From Trichoplax adhaerens (taxonomy: Eukaryota; Animalia; Placozoa), in assembly GCF_000150275.1 (NCBI RefSeq), contig NW_002060944.1:5989102-6053101 (forward strand): DNA of 64,000 nt. The letters run 5' to 3'. The position numbers were made by a program, and so were the translations under genes. Each line of letters opens with the position of its first letter. Position 1 is the stretch's first letter. This document shows positions 51,937-64,000 of the stretch, piece after piece. The notes under the pieces were generated by a model that did not search any database, was not told the origin of the DNA, and saw only the letters and a program-made list of their open reading frames with translations.

Positions 51937-53449
51937 TCATATTGGATATTGCCAAATTAAATCAGCATTTTCTCGTTCTTCCTTCGAGGGTTTTCTATAA
52001 TATTTACGATGACGACATATGTAATAGAATTCATTCGATTCAGAGCGACTAGCTGCAGGTTTGAATTCGTTAATTCTGTGATAATTCTGTTTTAGCATAT
52101 CTTTAAATAGTCCTTCATCAGAACCATGGAACATTTTGCATATAAAGGTTCCATTATAAACTAAGTTAGCAAATGTAAATTTTAATGCACATAGAGCCTG
52201 CGTCATAATTGCTTGATGATCGAATTTAGGTGATCCTGCCACATTAGGTGACATGTCGCTCATGATTACATCTGCTTTTGAGTTTACGAGCATGTTTTGG
52301 ATGAAGGTATGCGTGCTAGGTACGCCAAAGTCCATATGATCGAAAATCATGGCTTCACCAACTGATTTCATGCCACGTATATCTACTGCCATGACAAGAC
52401 CCCCTGTAATAAGTTGTATGCCAATGATTAGTATAATAATTTATAGCTTATCGATAATGGATGCATACATGAAGAGCAGTAAGATGGCTATTAGAGACGA
52501 ATATTAGCTATGTACAGTATATAACTTTGCAAAGTCTATTCTACATCGGTGCTGGCGTGCTGTACGTCTACGAAGATTTTTAACACTGTATCACTCAGAG
52601 TGCTGAGTCAAATTATTATATGGCAATGGTTAGTATCATGATTTATGGTCTACAGGTAGCATCATATACAAAGAACACCAAGATGTTTATTAGAGACGAC
52701 TACTAGCTGTATACATAGCTTTAACTTTAACAAGTCTATTTTTTATTCTACTGCATATCAGCGTTGGTGTACTTCTGCGAAGATTTTGATTCTGCATCAC
52801 CAGTTCTACATGTATATGAGTACATGAATAATGAAAATTTATTTATTCTATGCCACAACCTTAGAGTCATATTTCATAAGTTTGTACAGCAACTTATTGG
52901 TACTATACTATCATATGCAAAGAGCACCAAGGTGCTATCAGAGTACAGTATATCAGAGGTAAAATAAATACTACTAACGGTAGATATAATTTTACAAAGT
53001 CTATTTTTATTCTATATCAGTATTGGTATGTATCTGTGGACATTTGAACTTACTAATTCTACGCATAGAAGAGAGGATGAATAACGAAAGCTCAGTGAGG
53101 TATTATCACACTTACTCTTTCCAGTTTTATCTAAAGCAACTTGAGTCCATGATCCAGGGCTAGCTCCAATATCAATCACGATATCGCCTTTTTTAAATAT
53201 TTTAAATTTCTTGTCCATTTCTAATAATTTAAAAGCGCTGCGAGATCGGTAACCCAGTTCCATTGCCTTTTTAACGTAGGGATCGTCACGTTGTCGACGA
53301 AGCCAACGACTGGAGGATGATTTTCTTCCTCTGGCATAGAATCGAGCAGACAAGATAGCTCGCCTACCTTGGTAATTCCATTTGTTCCAACATGTCAGAT
53401 CAATCAACTGTGTTATCGAGGCACGAATTCCTTGCTGCATTACGTTCAT
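51937..53449 (-). CDS. MRM2: Mitochondrial rRNA 2'-O-methyltransferase 2 (FtsJ/RrmJ family), 2 exons: 53449-53116, 52403-51937
   Basis: [51 protein letters not shown] and [13 protein letters not shown] give an intact K-D-K-E tetrad; the N-terminus is basic. Confidence 0.92.
52490..53050. repeat. Degenerate direct duplications in the MRM2 intron
   Basis: ATTAGAGACGA..TAGCT..AAGTCTATT..CGAAGATTTT at about 52490 and 52688; a partial third copy near 52985. Confidence 0.65.
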
Positions 53450-55083
53450 GATTTCCTTCTTTCCAATTATTATAACTACCTTGCAACAATTCGACCTAGA
53501 ACTGATATCGCTAGCGATTCAACATCAATTTCAATAGTTTTGTTAGCCTAGCATCGACTTGGATACAGTCCAGTACAACAATTAAATAAAGTACAGAGAA
53601 ATCGTACAAGGTCTATTCGCAGGCGTCCCTACTAGCTCCAATTACCAACTGGAGAGATTAGAGGATACTATCTAGCACAGATTAGGATTCCTAGCTCGAA
53701 AACACTTCTCTAATTTTGCGAGTGTTTTAAGGGATGAGCTATGCGTTTATGCCGCTGGTTAGATCTAAGATTTATTTCAATTGCGCATGTCCGTATATCA
53801 GTCAAAATTTACTATGGCGAAGAAGTTACCTAAAGCTTCTCTCTTTCAATTGAATCAATTTAATTTTTATACCGTACCTATCCATGTCAAAACTTCTACT
53901 TAACGTACCATCAATATGGCCCTTTTTAAGATTGCATAGGCTAGATTTTCATACATGGCTCACGGAGTATGCAGTAAACATTAAAGACTTGCGCATTCAT
54001 ATATGAGTACAGTACGCGTATAAACTACTAATAGGCTGTGGGTATTTGAATGGAGTCCGTTCGATCTGCATACCAGATTTATAAATATCAAAGACTTTTA
54101 CCTAAGATACTGTACATTCGAGCTTTGTAAAAGGTATGTAAAATGTGCAATACGTCTTATAATGTGCATTCTTGATCAATATTCGAGTAGGAGTGCTACT
54201 GATGGTAAATGTAGAATGATTTTCAGAGCAGCCTACGACGGTATTTAAAAAATAACAAAGTTACGATTACTGTACACCTGATGCGCTTCGTGTTTCCTAT
54301 AATTAACGAGAATGGCTTTTAATAAATAATTTATTTAAACAGCTGTATTAACAGCAAGTACCAATATATACTTAGTTCTTACTGTGTACGCTCCGCGTTT
54401 CGTACAGTAATGAAATATAATTATAATTGCAGAGAAGATCAAGTTCAGATCTTACATGTACATTGCGAGATAGGCATAGTATACAACTGTATATAATATT
54501 CCTTATTTTGTTCATATAAAACATTCGTTTATACCGCAAAAGCATATGGTTCATGATTTAAGAGACTATACTAACTAAACAGAGTAACATAGGTATACGC
54601 GTGTACCATATCATTTCCGTCACACGAAATTTAGAGATACAAGCAATATGAGTTCTTGTAAATATCCATTAATTTAAGGATATATATATATATATATTAA
54701 TATACAATAACAATTTTCTTCTATTGCGAGTATATTCATTCAATTACTTATTAGAGATTACACTTAAAAGCAGTCATATCGATATAAAATCAATTTCTAT
54801 CATTCATTCATTCGGACGATAACATACATTTTTTTTATAGAAAATTTTATCAGTCAAGCTTAAAATATATTCAGTGCGAAAACTATAGATCTCAATTTCT
54901 AGTTAAATTAGCACAAGGTATATGCAGTTCCATAAGAATTTTACAGCAATAATCAGTTCGTGTACAGAACAGTTGTAATCTACAGCTTTAGTACATGAAA
55001 CGAAATCTATATTAAAAGATTGTGCCGAAACCCATAATAAGCACTTTCGTTTTTGTAAACCACGCGGAGACGAGGTAGCATTA

Positions 55084-58000
55084 TTACTGTGGGCATGTCC
55101 AATCGCCACTTAAATTACCAAATTTATACCGTTGCGTTGCGGCTTCACTGAATACGGGAATGACTTCATTTGCATTGACTGAAAATCGCTACACAATTTT
55201 TAAAAGATTATGTTAGAATGTACGCTACCGTAGAAATCTATGAAGTATTGAAATATACGTATAAAGACTAGACTGCAGTGTCGGATATGATGAATATAGA
55301 CAGTTGATTATCTATCCGCAGTTTACTTTAAAATTAGCTTTCTTTTTTTAAGACATTAGCCAAGTAATATTCTAAAGCTTACACTAAATATCGTATTATA
55401 CTCACCTTTAAGTATATATAAGCATCCATCCCATAACCTTCTAAAGGAGATAGTTTTAAATCACCGTTTAAATACCTAGCATAAAGCCGTGATAATGGCA
55501 GTCCATAACCATAACCCGCCTTTAGATAAATAATCAATTAAAAATTATAAATTTACATCATCTTCAACGATTCCAGTCTCATTTACAAAGAATTTACACA
55601 ATTTTTAGTTACCATAGGAGAAATAGATTCACTGCGTTCGGCATCAAACAATGATTGCTGTATTGGGCATAAATATAAATATAAATATACAATCAGTTTA
55701 CCGCTATTCTAAGATTTTAATACCAACATTATAAGGTTCGACTATAACAGCTTCGAATAAAGAAAATATTCATGAACAGTTAATTACCTGTGGATCTGGA
55801 GCCGTGGAATACATATAACTAAATACAACATCTAATTTATTTAATGGAACGCCACCACCTCTGTCAACAACCTAAAAGAATGAAATTTTACAGATGAAAT
55901 ATGTGCATGCCAATAGCTATCATCACAAATGCAAGAATAAAAACGCTGCAAACAGTTAGTTTTCTAATTTTACTTACTCTAATCACTATATCTTCTTTTC
56001 CTGCGGTAATAATAACTTTAATCGGAGGCAATTCAGAATAACCCTCAATATGTTTTTCAACCGTTGCTCTCATCGAATTCTGCAAAGAGAAATCAAAAAT
56101 AAGAATTGTTCTTCACTACGAGAATAATAAGAAAATTTTATTATCTCGTATGATATCATACCTTTAATAACTCGAAAACCATATAATGTAGTTGAGATGG
56201 TATATAGCATATGGTTACAGGTGATAAGTTCCCAGCAGCTATTAAAGAAAGCATTAACTTAATTCATTTGTACTACACTATCAGTTAAATAGTAAAGAAA
56301 TAAAATACGGATATCAATACCATTATGTTCTTCAATTTCGACTTTAGGAGCAGCCATATAATATTGATCGCATAATGAGCTCGCATCTTCAGCAGCACCT
56401 ATTGAAAGTTATAACATTAATTCCTGGTCCTGACTTTAAAGTATTGGAAAGTTTAAAAATAGAATAGTCAGTCTATGGACATACTTTCAACTATTTTCAT
56501 TACACTGCAGTTGGGATTAATGCATCCAATGTGCCTTTTAAAGGGCTCTTCATCTCCGAACAGCGTTAAATGTTGCGTAATTAACAGTCTCATACTTGTA
56601 CGATTAATATAGAATCGATCTGTAACATGACATTATCAGTTCAAAATTAATTGGATAGCAATTCGTTTCAGATGTTATAGCAGTGTATTTAAGCAATACC
56701 CAAGAAATATTGTAACGACGAGTGATCCAAACTATGATTCTTTACAACTGTCTTCAATTCCATAATACCCTATACGTATAGTACAAAGTAAATCAATGTG
56801 GGTAAGCAATCATTTAAATTTATTTACTGTCAATTTTTAAAATATTTTGAATCGACGTTGATAAAAGCTGTAGGCTACTTGTACATACTTTGGCCATGGT
56901 TTCTATAACAGTGCTATGGCGTTGATTGATGTTATGGATTAAATCAGTAAACTTATCTACCATACAGTCGCTGTCATTATCTGCGTTTTTCTCTCGAAAT
57001 TCAATTAGTTCCGATAAGCTTTGAGAATACCTAATTGATCACAAATTGCAGCAACTATTAATAACTTGTAACAATGGAAGACGAACATGAAATAATTTGG
57101 AAATCAAAATTGCAACGTGATTATGTGAACCAAGTGGAAAGGTCAGTTTAAATACTACTGTATATAGGTAATTTATCGGAAAGGATTAGAATTAAGCTTG
57201 TTGCAATATGTGATGTAACTGAAGTAGGAAGCTGTACTGTTATGATAATCGTTCTAAAATTGTGTGGTTTTTATAGTACAAGAGGTGCAGAAGACTAAAA
57301 GTTGTGTACAACCTTATCCTAGGCACAGTAGATGACTACAAAAAATATACTCGTATGGCAGTACTTACCAGCCGTTTAAAGTTTGAACCGAAGGCATTTC
57401 CATAAGTATATTGGGCAAGTGGTGAAGCTCCTTCATAATGTGTGCAAGCCTAATAGGCAGCTCACATCTTAAATATCGATAGGAATCCTGACTTGTGGCC
57501 GTTCGACCTTTCATCATCATAATAAATAACAAAATTAGTCCTTCTGTAAGAACAGGTTCACACGAAGTCATTCAAGTTTAGTCTACAAACTATACAATAC
57601 GTATATATTTGATATTAATACTAATAAATATGCTCATTGTGCGGTGACAGTAACATAGTAAAGTAAAAAAGTACAAGTACACGAAGTTTAACGAGCGAGG
57701 GATGGACTATTTTTTGCGATCGATGAGAAAGAATATATTTATCGTTCAATTATACTCATATGTGCCATTAGTGTTATGCAAGCGACGATATTGTAGTATG
57801 GACAGTAATAAAGGTGGGTAATTGCGTATTTTACAGTTTCCTGTATAGCAAAATAAAAATCTTGCGACCAGCTAGTTTACCTTACTACAGTATTATAGCT
57901 ATACAGTATTGTAAGTTGTACGCAACGTTGCATTCATCTTTCAAATTTTGAAATAATAACTCAGTGTGTTTCTAAGGGATAAAATAACTTTTCAGCGAAT

Positions 58001-59409
58001 GGAAAAAATGATGTTAATCTCAAGACACGTTGTTTGACGTCGATGTGTTTAATAAATTAGCGATACGAGGGTGATTAATTGATGATAAGGGCGATACGCT
58101 ACGCGTATAGCGACCGATAGTTTTTTATGGGCATTTTGATCGAAAAATAGCCTTTAAACTATTCAAGATGCAGTACACGTATAGTATCCATAGTGGTGAG
58201 TTAAAATAGGCAATGCATTAACGTGTCGATCTTCAACCGAATTGTGCGTAGAGCCTTTTCGATATTTGCCTTTGCACACTGTACAGAATTACACGGTAAC
58301 AAATTTATTTATTTATCTATTTTTATGTAAACTTCTTCTCGTACGCTAAATTCACCTCTATCGTATCTATTGGATGACTAATTTTAAATATTTAATCAAA
58401 GTATAGGAAAAAAAAAATTCTTTTACTTATACCGTTCTAGATTTTAAGTAAAGGGCAACCATCGGCTGATATAATTGAGCCAACCTAATTAACATAACGA
58501 CTGTGGTGATTTAACGTATTACGATCCAAAATAAAGCAAAGGAATAAAAATATTTTACAGGTAATTTTGAAGTTATTGGGTGAGAACGCTAGTGGCCAAA
58601 CCTACCGTACGTTACGCTTTGCGAATACTTTAATTAATACTGGATATTTTACTACCGTAAATGCTATTGGGCTGACCGTTTGAAATCATTTCATCGATCG
58701 GTTGGAAATTCTATCCGCTAATTTAATATACTGTAGATGTAAAAACGACAGGCATAACCACCTGATAATAGGCGTTGTGCAGGAGTCTAACTACTTGTAG
58801 GCGGATTTGAGTAAAATTCTTTCCTCAACTCACTGTCCACTTCTGTAAAACAATTGCAAAATAAGCAATCCTTTTCGATCTTACAGAATAACTTTTTATT
58901 GATTGGCAAGAATATTGATGTAAAGTACTTTGACATTGGAGAAGTAACTACTATTCATTGGCAATAATTAATAATGTAAGGTACAGTACTGTAGTTTAAG
59001 TGATGGATGCCGATCTGTAAGATGATATGTATCGAGCAAGACGTTCCTAAGCTAAAATCGTTGCTATTGATGTTGCTAGCAGGCTGAACGGGTATACTTG
59101 GTGTGGATAAGTAACTCTATTTGTAGTGTACAGAAGGATGCCTAGTGAAATAACTGGCTGACTACGAATTACGACTTGCAAAGCATGACTACATGTATCG
59201 CTGTAGCATGTTTAGTCAAGACTGAAGATGAGATCTCTGCATAGTATAGAGCTGAAGTTATTTCAAATTGAATCATGCTAGACGAAGATATTGAACTTAC
59301 CGAAATCCATCAATTGGCGAATGGATAAAGGCGAAGGTGAATATTTCCAGTAGCGATTAATATAGGTAGTAACTTCTTGAGAAGCCACTTTGAACGCTTG
59401 TTGAGCCAT
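55084..59409 (-). CDS. PDK: Pyruvate dehydrogenase kinase, about 11 exons
   Basis: [15 protein letters not shown]|[109 protein letters not shown], and a C-terminal DW motif (GDWTCPQ*). Confidence 0.94.
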
Positions 59410-60354
59410 GGTAGGTGTACTGGTGGGTGTTGTACTAATGAATAATTAGTACGGTAAAAGATTGGAGCAATTTCCTATCCAATTTCAACTATCTGAAGTC
59501 ACTACTCGTCACGGATTAGCAATGGTAAGCTTCAATGAAGGCTTGAAAGTACCAGTAGTCGATTGGAGTGGATGTTTTTGGGCAAATTTGCTGATGATTG
59601 ATTTGCAATTACTATTTCCAGCTTATCCTTGAATGATAAACTTACGTCTGTATGTCTGTAATATTGCACTACTTGAGCCTTGAGGTGGTTGATTGCGGGT
59701 GTTTTCCTATTCGTGTATTCAGTATAGACTTGCTTTGACGATGGATCTACTTCACATGCGCGATGGCAATAAAGAATGAATTGTACAGCGCCCACACCAG
59801 TATTTATAAAGTTGGTGGCCATCACGTGGTCTAGAAACTTCTGGTCCATTTGGAACTGAACTTGCGTACTATAGTGCACTTGCGCAATGTCAACCATGGT
59901 TATTGTTTGCAAAGATAAAAGAAAAGAACCTTTTATCTCTCCAGTGACCCTTCCATGTACGTCACAAAAACGAGGGTGAGACCAGGGTGGTGTGTTGGAG
60001 GTTTGCCCATCAATGATAAGCCGGCCAGAAAGGCGATTGGCAGACATTCAATTGACGTTCAATGCCGCAGTACAATCAGAGTCCAGTCCAGTCCAATCAT
60101 GACGCAATACGTACAATACAATGATTTGGACTACTGGACTAGAAATTACCAGTAGCGTTGACGTCCAACGTGAGCACGTACATCTGAACGATTTTCGTCG
60201 TAGCCATGATCTATATTTAGTGCAATCAAGGTGTGCAGGTGTACTCGTTTTCTGGTTATTCTACTTTGTATAGCACGAAAAGTGCACAGTATAAAACCAA
60301 TCAATCAAGGGAGCAGCTATTGAGTAACTTGTAAGGAGAGACGAAACCTTTTAG

Positions 60355-60600
60355 TACTGTCTAAAAACTATAACTATACTGTACTGTACAGTACAGTACA
60401 GTATACTGTACTGTAGTTATAGTTTGTACATGTACAGTACAGTACTGTACTGTAGACCTACAGTACTGTACTGTACATTGTACAGTAGAGGTCAATTTAT
60501 CTTAGTACTGTACTGTACTGTACAGACTGTACAAATAAGGAGATTACTGTACTGTATACTGTCCAGTGTCCAGTACAGTACAGACGTACAGTACAGTAGA
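60355..60600. repeat. Palindromic TACTG/CAGTA tract midway between the two divergent PDK start codons
   Basis: ACTATAACT...AGTTATAGT inverted repeat (60367-60423) enclosing TACTG/CAGTA units. Confidence 0.8.
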
Positions 60601-61416
60601 ACATTGTGAACTCCTAAAACTTTCGCACTTGTAGTAGATCCCTTTATCAAAGGAATTTCACCATCTTTAAAATTAAAAATTATTGCCTGCAATCATCTCA
60701 TCTACATTTTTATCAAGCTTCACTTCAACATCTTGAGGAAAACTATCTTTTATCTGACAATGTCTGCAAATGGCCAAGGACTTGTACAGTACAACTGCAG
60801 ATCACTGTGGATTGTACATTGTACGATACGGTAGCGCCACACCTAAAACCAGCATCGAGTTTTGACCTTTTGTGGGTGACCTTACCAGACGGACAGATTT
60901 CGGAATTCTACTTCCATGACGGGGTTTAGTCATTCAGAACGACTAACGACTAGGACAGAGCACGTTCGAGTATGCAGCACTATAGAACCAAACCTTCGAC
61001 AGGTGTAAGTATAGTGAGTAGTGTCTAGGCTTGCGCTATTGCCTTGCCTACTGTCATCGTTCTCCTCTCTTGTTCTTCCTTCTTGCCCCCGATGTAAGGT
61101 AGTGGAAAAGAAGCTTTTACGTACAAGTAGGTTGCGATTGCGGTATTGATTATTCCGCGCATCGTCGATGATTCGACAATCCCTGGCATAACCTTGTTAA
61201 CTCTTTCGTGCAAACTTGAATTCGACTCTACTACAGTGATGTATGTGTCAGCAGTAGTCAAGCTTGAATATTGTTGTTGTTGTAGACGTGAAAACAAAAT
61301 TGTTACTAATTGCATCATCATTTTCCACACTGACAGCTCCAGTTGAATCCATTTCAAGTGGAACTGCATCGGCTTCCAATTCCAATTCATTGATAGGACG
61401 CTCAATTTATACATTG

Positions 61417-61522
61417 ATGGCTGCTCAAATTCGTCAACGAAGCGCTGATGTCATTAAATACATCAATCGCTACAGTCAGTATACACCGTTGTCGCTTTCC
61501 ATTAAACAACTGATGGATTTTG
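61417..61522 (+). CDS. PDK: First coding exon of a second PDK paralogue; the remainder is not seen in the window
   Basis: MAAQIRQRSADVIKYINRYSQYTPLSLSIKQLMDFG|GTAAGT has the same phase-1 donor position as exon 1 of the minus-strand PDK. Confidence 0.82.
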
Positions 61523-64000
61523 GTAAGTTGATAGCAATCTATTTGAAATACTGTCATGATGATGGACTTGATCCTCATTACATGCGTATACTAGTAATAG
61601 AGCATTGACAAAGCATCTACACTACTGGAAGATGATATTAGCATCACAACCCAAACAATATTTTACAGCCTAGGTCAATACAGGTAGTCCATCATACTGG
61701 ATACTACGACAGTCACATATTTATTTATTCTACAATAGGCTTAGCGTTGCCTTATTATTTCTCTCAAATTATCACTACAGGATTAAATATATATCCTCAC
61801 TGAGTCAAAGAATCAAATCGAATAAAAATGAAATGAATAAGATTGATTGGCATTGAGTAAAAAGTCAATAATCTGATGATGCACTGTTGAATAGCGACAG
61901 TACTCTACCATATACATTGTGCAGTATACATGCCGGGAAAGGCCAACAATATTGCCACCAATTACATTGACTGATGACTAGTAAATCCGTAACATCACCT
62001 ATATCGATTAGGTAATTAATTCATCAATCAGAATCAACTATCAACAGACAGGCTCAAGCTTGCTAGGCATAAGCACGAACGATAGTCTTTCCAACCGTTG
62101 CACAGATTTGATTCCACACTACTCTGCAATTTTTAGCAATAGATATAGTGCAATTATCAATAAAGTCTAATAATCAATATATCATTCCTGTTTGACTACA
62201 ACTATGGTCCATGGGCGTCGTTGATTCATTTGGTTTGTCATATCGCATTGTAGTATTGGAAATCAATGGCGATGTCAATTCTTTTGCAACCATAGTACAG
62301 TATATTGTATTGTGGAGCAGCACACCGCATTGTCAACTTGTAGTAATTTTTGCACCTATTCTCGCCATGTTATTGTCGGATTCTATAGTATCTTAACGCT
62401 AAATTTCAACCCATAAAATCAATATCCATCGATTCATCATTATTAAATGAAATAATCACTAAAAATATTGGTAACAGGTTGACGTGATGAATAGGATGTC
62501 CTAAAACTTTCATTTTTTTTAATTTACGATAATTATCTTATCCTTGATGACGTAAAAGCACGCCTCATCAATTGAAAAATTGTTTTTGTATATGGCACCC
62601 GAGAGTAGGTTTTATTTAGAATCACTACCATTGGTAAATTGCTGTAGATGTATAGCATTATCCCTTACAATTCATGACTGACATCCACTTAGAATAACTG
62701 TAATTATAACCATAAATTAGTGAATACTACTTTGTTGTCTAACGACGATATTTGTTATTTAATTATTGACCGTTGATTAAATGGTTCTATCAAAAATAGT
62801 TTTGCCCAATGTAAACAAATAATTCTATCAGTACATCGGTAGATCGCAGATACAACTATCCTTATTTTCAAACACTATATTATTGAATTCAATGGATTTG
62901 TTATTTACTAGATCCACAATATCGCTAATTGAAGATGTCATAAATTTAACCTCCAAGTAATCAATTGATATTTTCCAAATGGAGAGAAAATTCAATTTTC
63001 GATAGCACTCTTAACTTAATCATAGTCTTTACTTTGATCGCGAGAGTAATCTAAATGAATAATTTTAGCATGCATACAAGAATCATAATTCAGCCTATAG
63101 GGGTTACAGCAAGTGCTGAAAATGATTTCCTACTTGACTGTACAGTTAATTTTTCTCAACAACCGCAGCTTCCGTTTTACTTTCCTTTATTTATTTCTAT
63201 TTCATTGATAAATTTACTTTATTTTGTTACATGCGGTTACAAGCTATGAATACAGTCGAGAATTATAGTTACTGTATAATCACATCGATGAATTACTCTA
63301 TGATAGCGTTGTATTTGATCAGACACCATAGTCGCTTCTCATGTTGTAGTCGCATTTGTATACCGTATTGTATGTACACATTAGTGTACTGTATATTCAC
63401 GCATGACATGGAATATCTTCAGCCATATCAAATTATTCAATCCAAATACGCTAAAATGGGATTTAAAAGTAATTGAGGAGACGAAAAAGGATTAATCAAA
63501 TCGCTGCACACGATAGCTGTCACAATTTAAGTATTGGTTTGTCATTGTAGTATGTAAAATAGCTTGCAGGCCATTTTTACTAACTGTAAATAAAAATAAA
63601 ACAATATTGAATGAAGATGAAAAGGATTAGACTCATTTCTGTATAAGATAGTTAATTCACATTTTCGAATAGCTATAGTCAGCATAAGTTGAATGTTGAC
63701 TTGCCATTACGCAAAATAGGTTGTCAGTCACTTTTTCCGATAATTATAATCATTCAGTAACAATATCGCTAGCCAAAAGAGATCACTATCCCTTTCATTA
63801 CAGTAAAAATAGGTTCTAATGCAATTGGAACGGTAACTTGGCATCATCCATGTATGAAAACTTATTTGCTAAAAACGTCCTTGCGTTGTAGTGTATTTAT
63901 TTTAACATTTCAATTTGAAGCCTGTGTAATATTTGGATCGTAACACTTTCATCCTACGGCTTTAATGGAATGGAATTATTCATCAAGTAATTAAATTTAC

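Noticed and set aside
59301-59409. Apparent lack of a mitochondrial presequence on the PDKs
   Set aside because: Human PDK2 and PDK3 have similarly short N-termini before the SPSPLS motif, so the length is not anomalous.
59532-60047. 171-aa ORF upstream of PDK
   Set aside because: No recognisable domain; it lies in the probable promoter/5' UTR. It cannot be supported without expression or conservation data.

Overview
AT-rich, intron-dense eukaryotic (metazoan) genomic DNA, not prokaryotic. Tiny GT-AG introns, many AAG/TAG acceptors and TACTG/CAGTA tracts suggest a placozoan such as Trichoplax; this is inference. Manual splicing gives ten complete genes and one partial gene: POLI (+), RSU1 (-), SELENOO (+), a UDP-glycosyltransferase (+), TOPBP1 (+), a HIG1-domain gene (-) head-to-head with RPL23 (+), V-ATPase V0 subunit a (-), MRM2 (-), PDK (-), and the first coding exon of a second, divergently oriented PDK (+). 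SELENOO has an in-frame UGA (Sec) and a candidate SECIS. Non-coding structure includes a 101-bp array interrupted by a Helitron-like 3' end, an intronic minisatellite, a ~215-bp array, a hairpin-bearing ~280-bp array with dispersed relatives, and a triplicated RPL23 core promoter with NRF1-like sites. Most ORFs in the supplied track are spurious or are exon fragments. No clearly new enzymatic system is visible. The best leads are the promoter-like, gene-free 33.5-36.5 kb repeat block, the divergent PDK pair, and residue-level variants in SELENOO and TOPBP1. All exon boundaries were read by eye and need RNA-seq confirmation.
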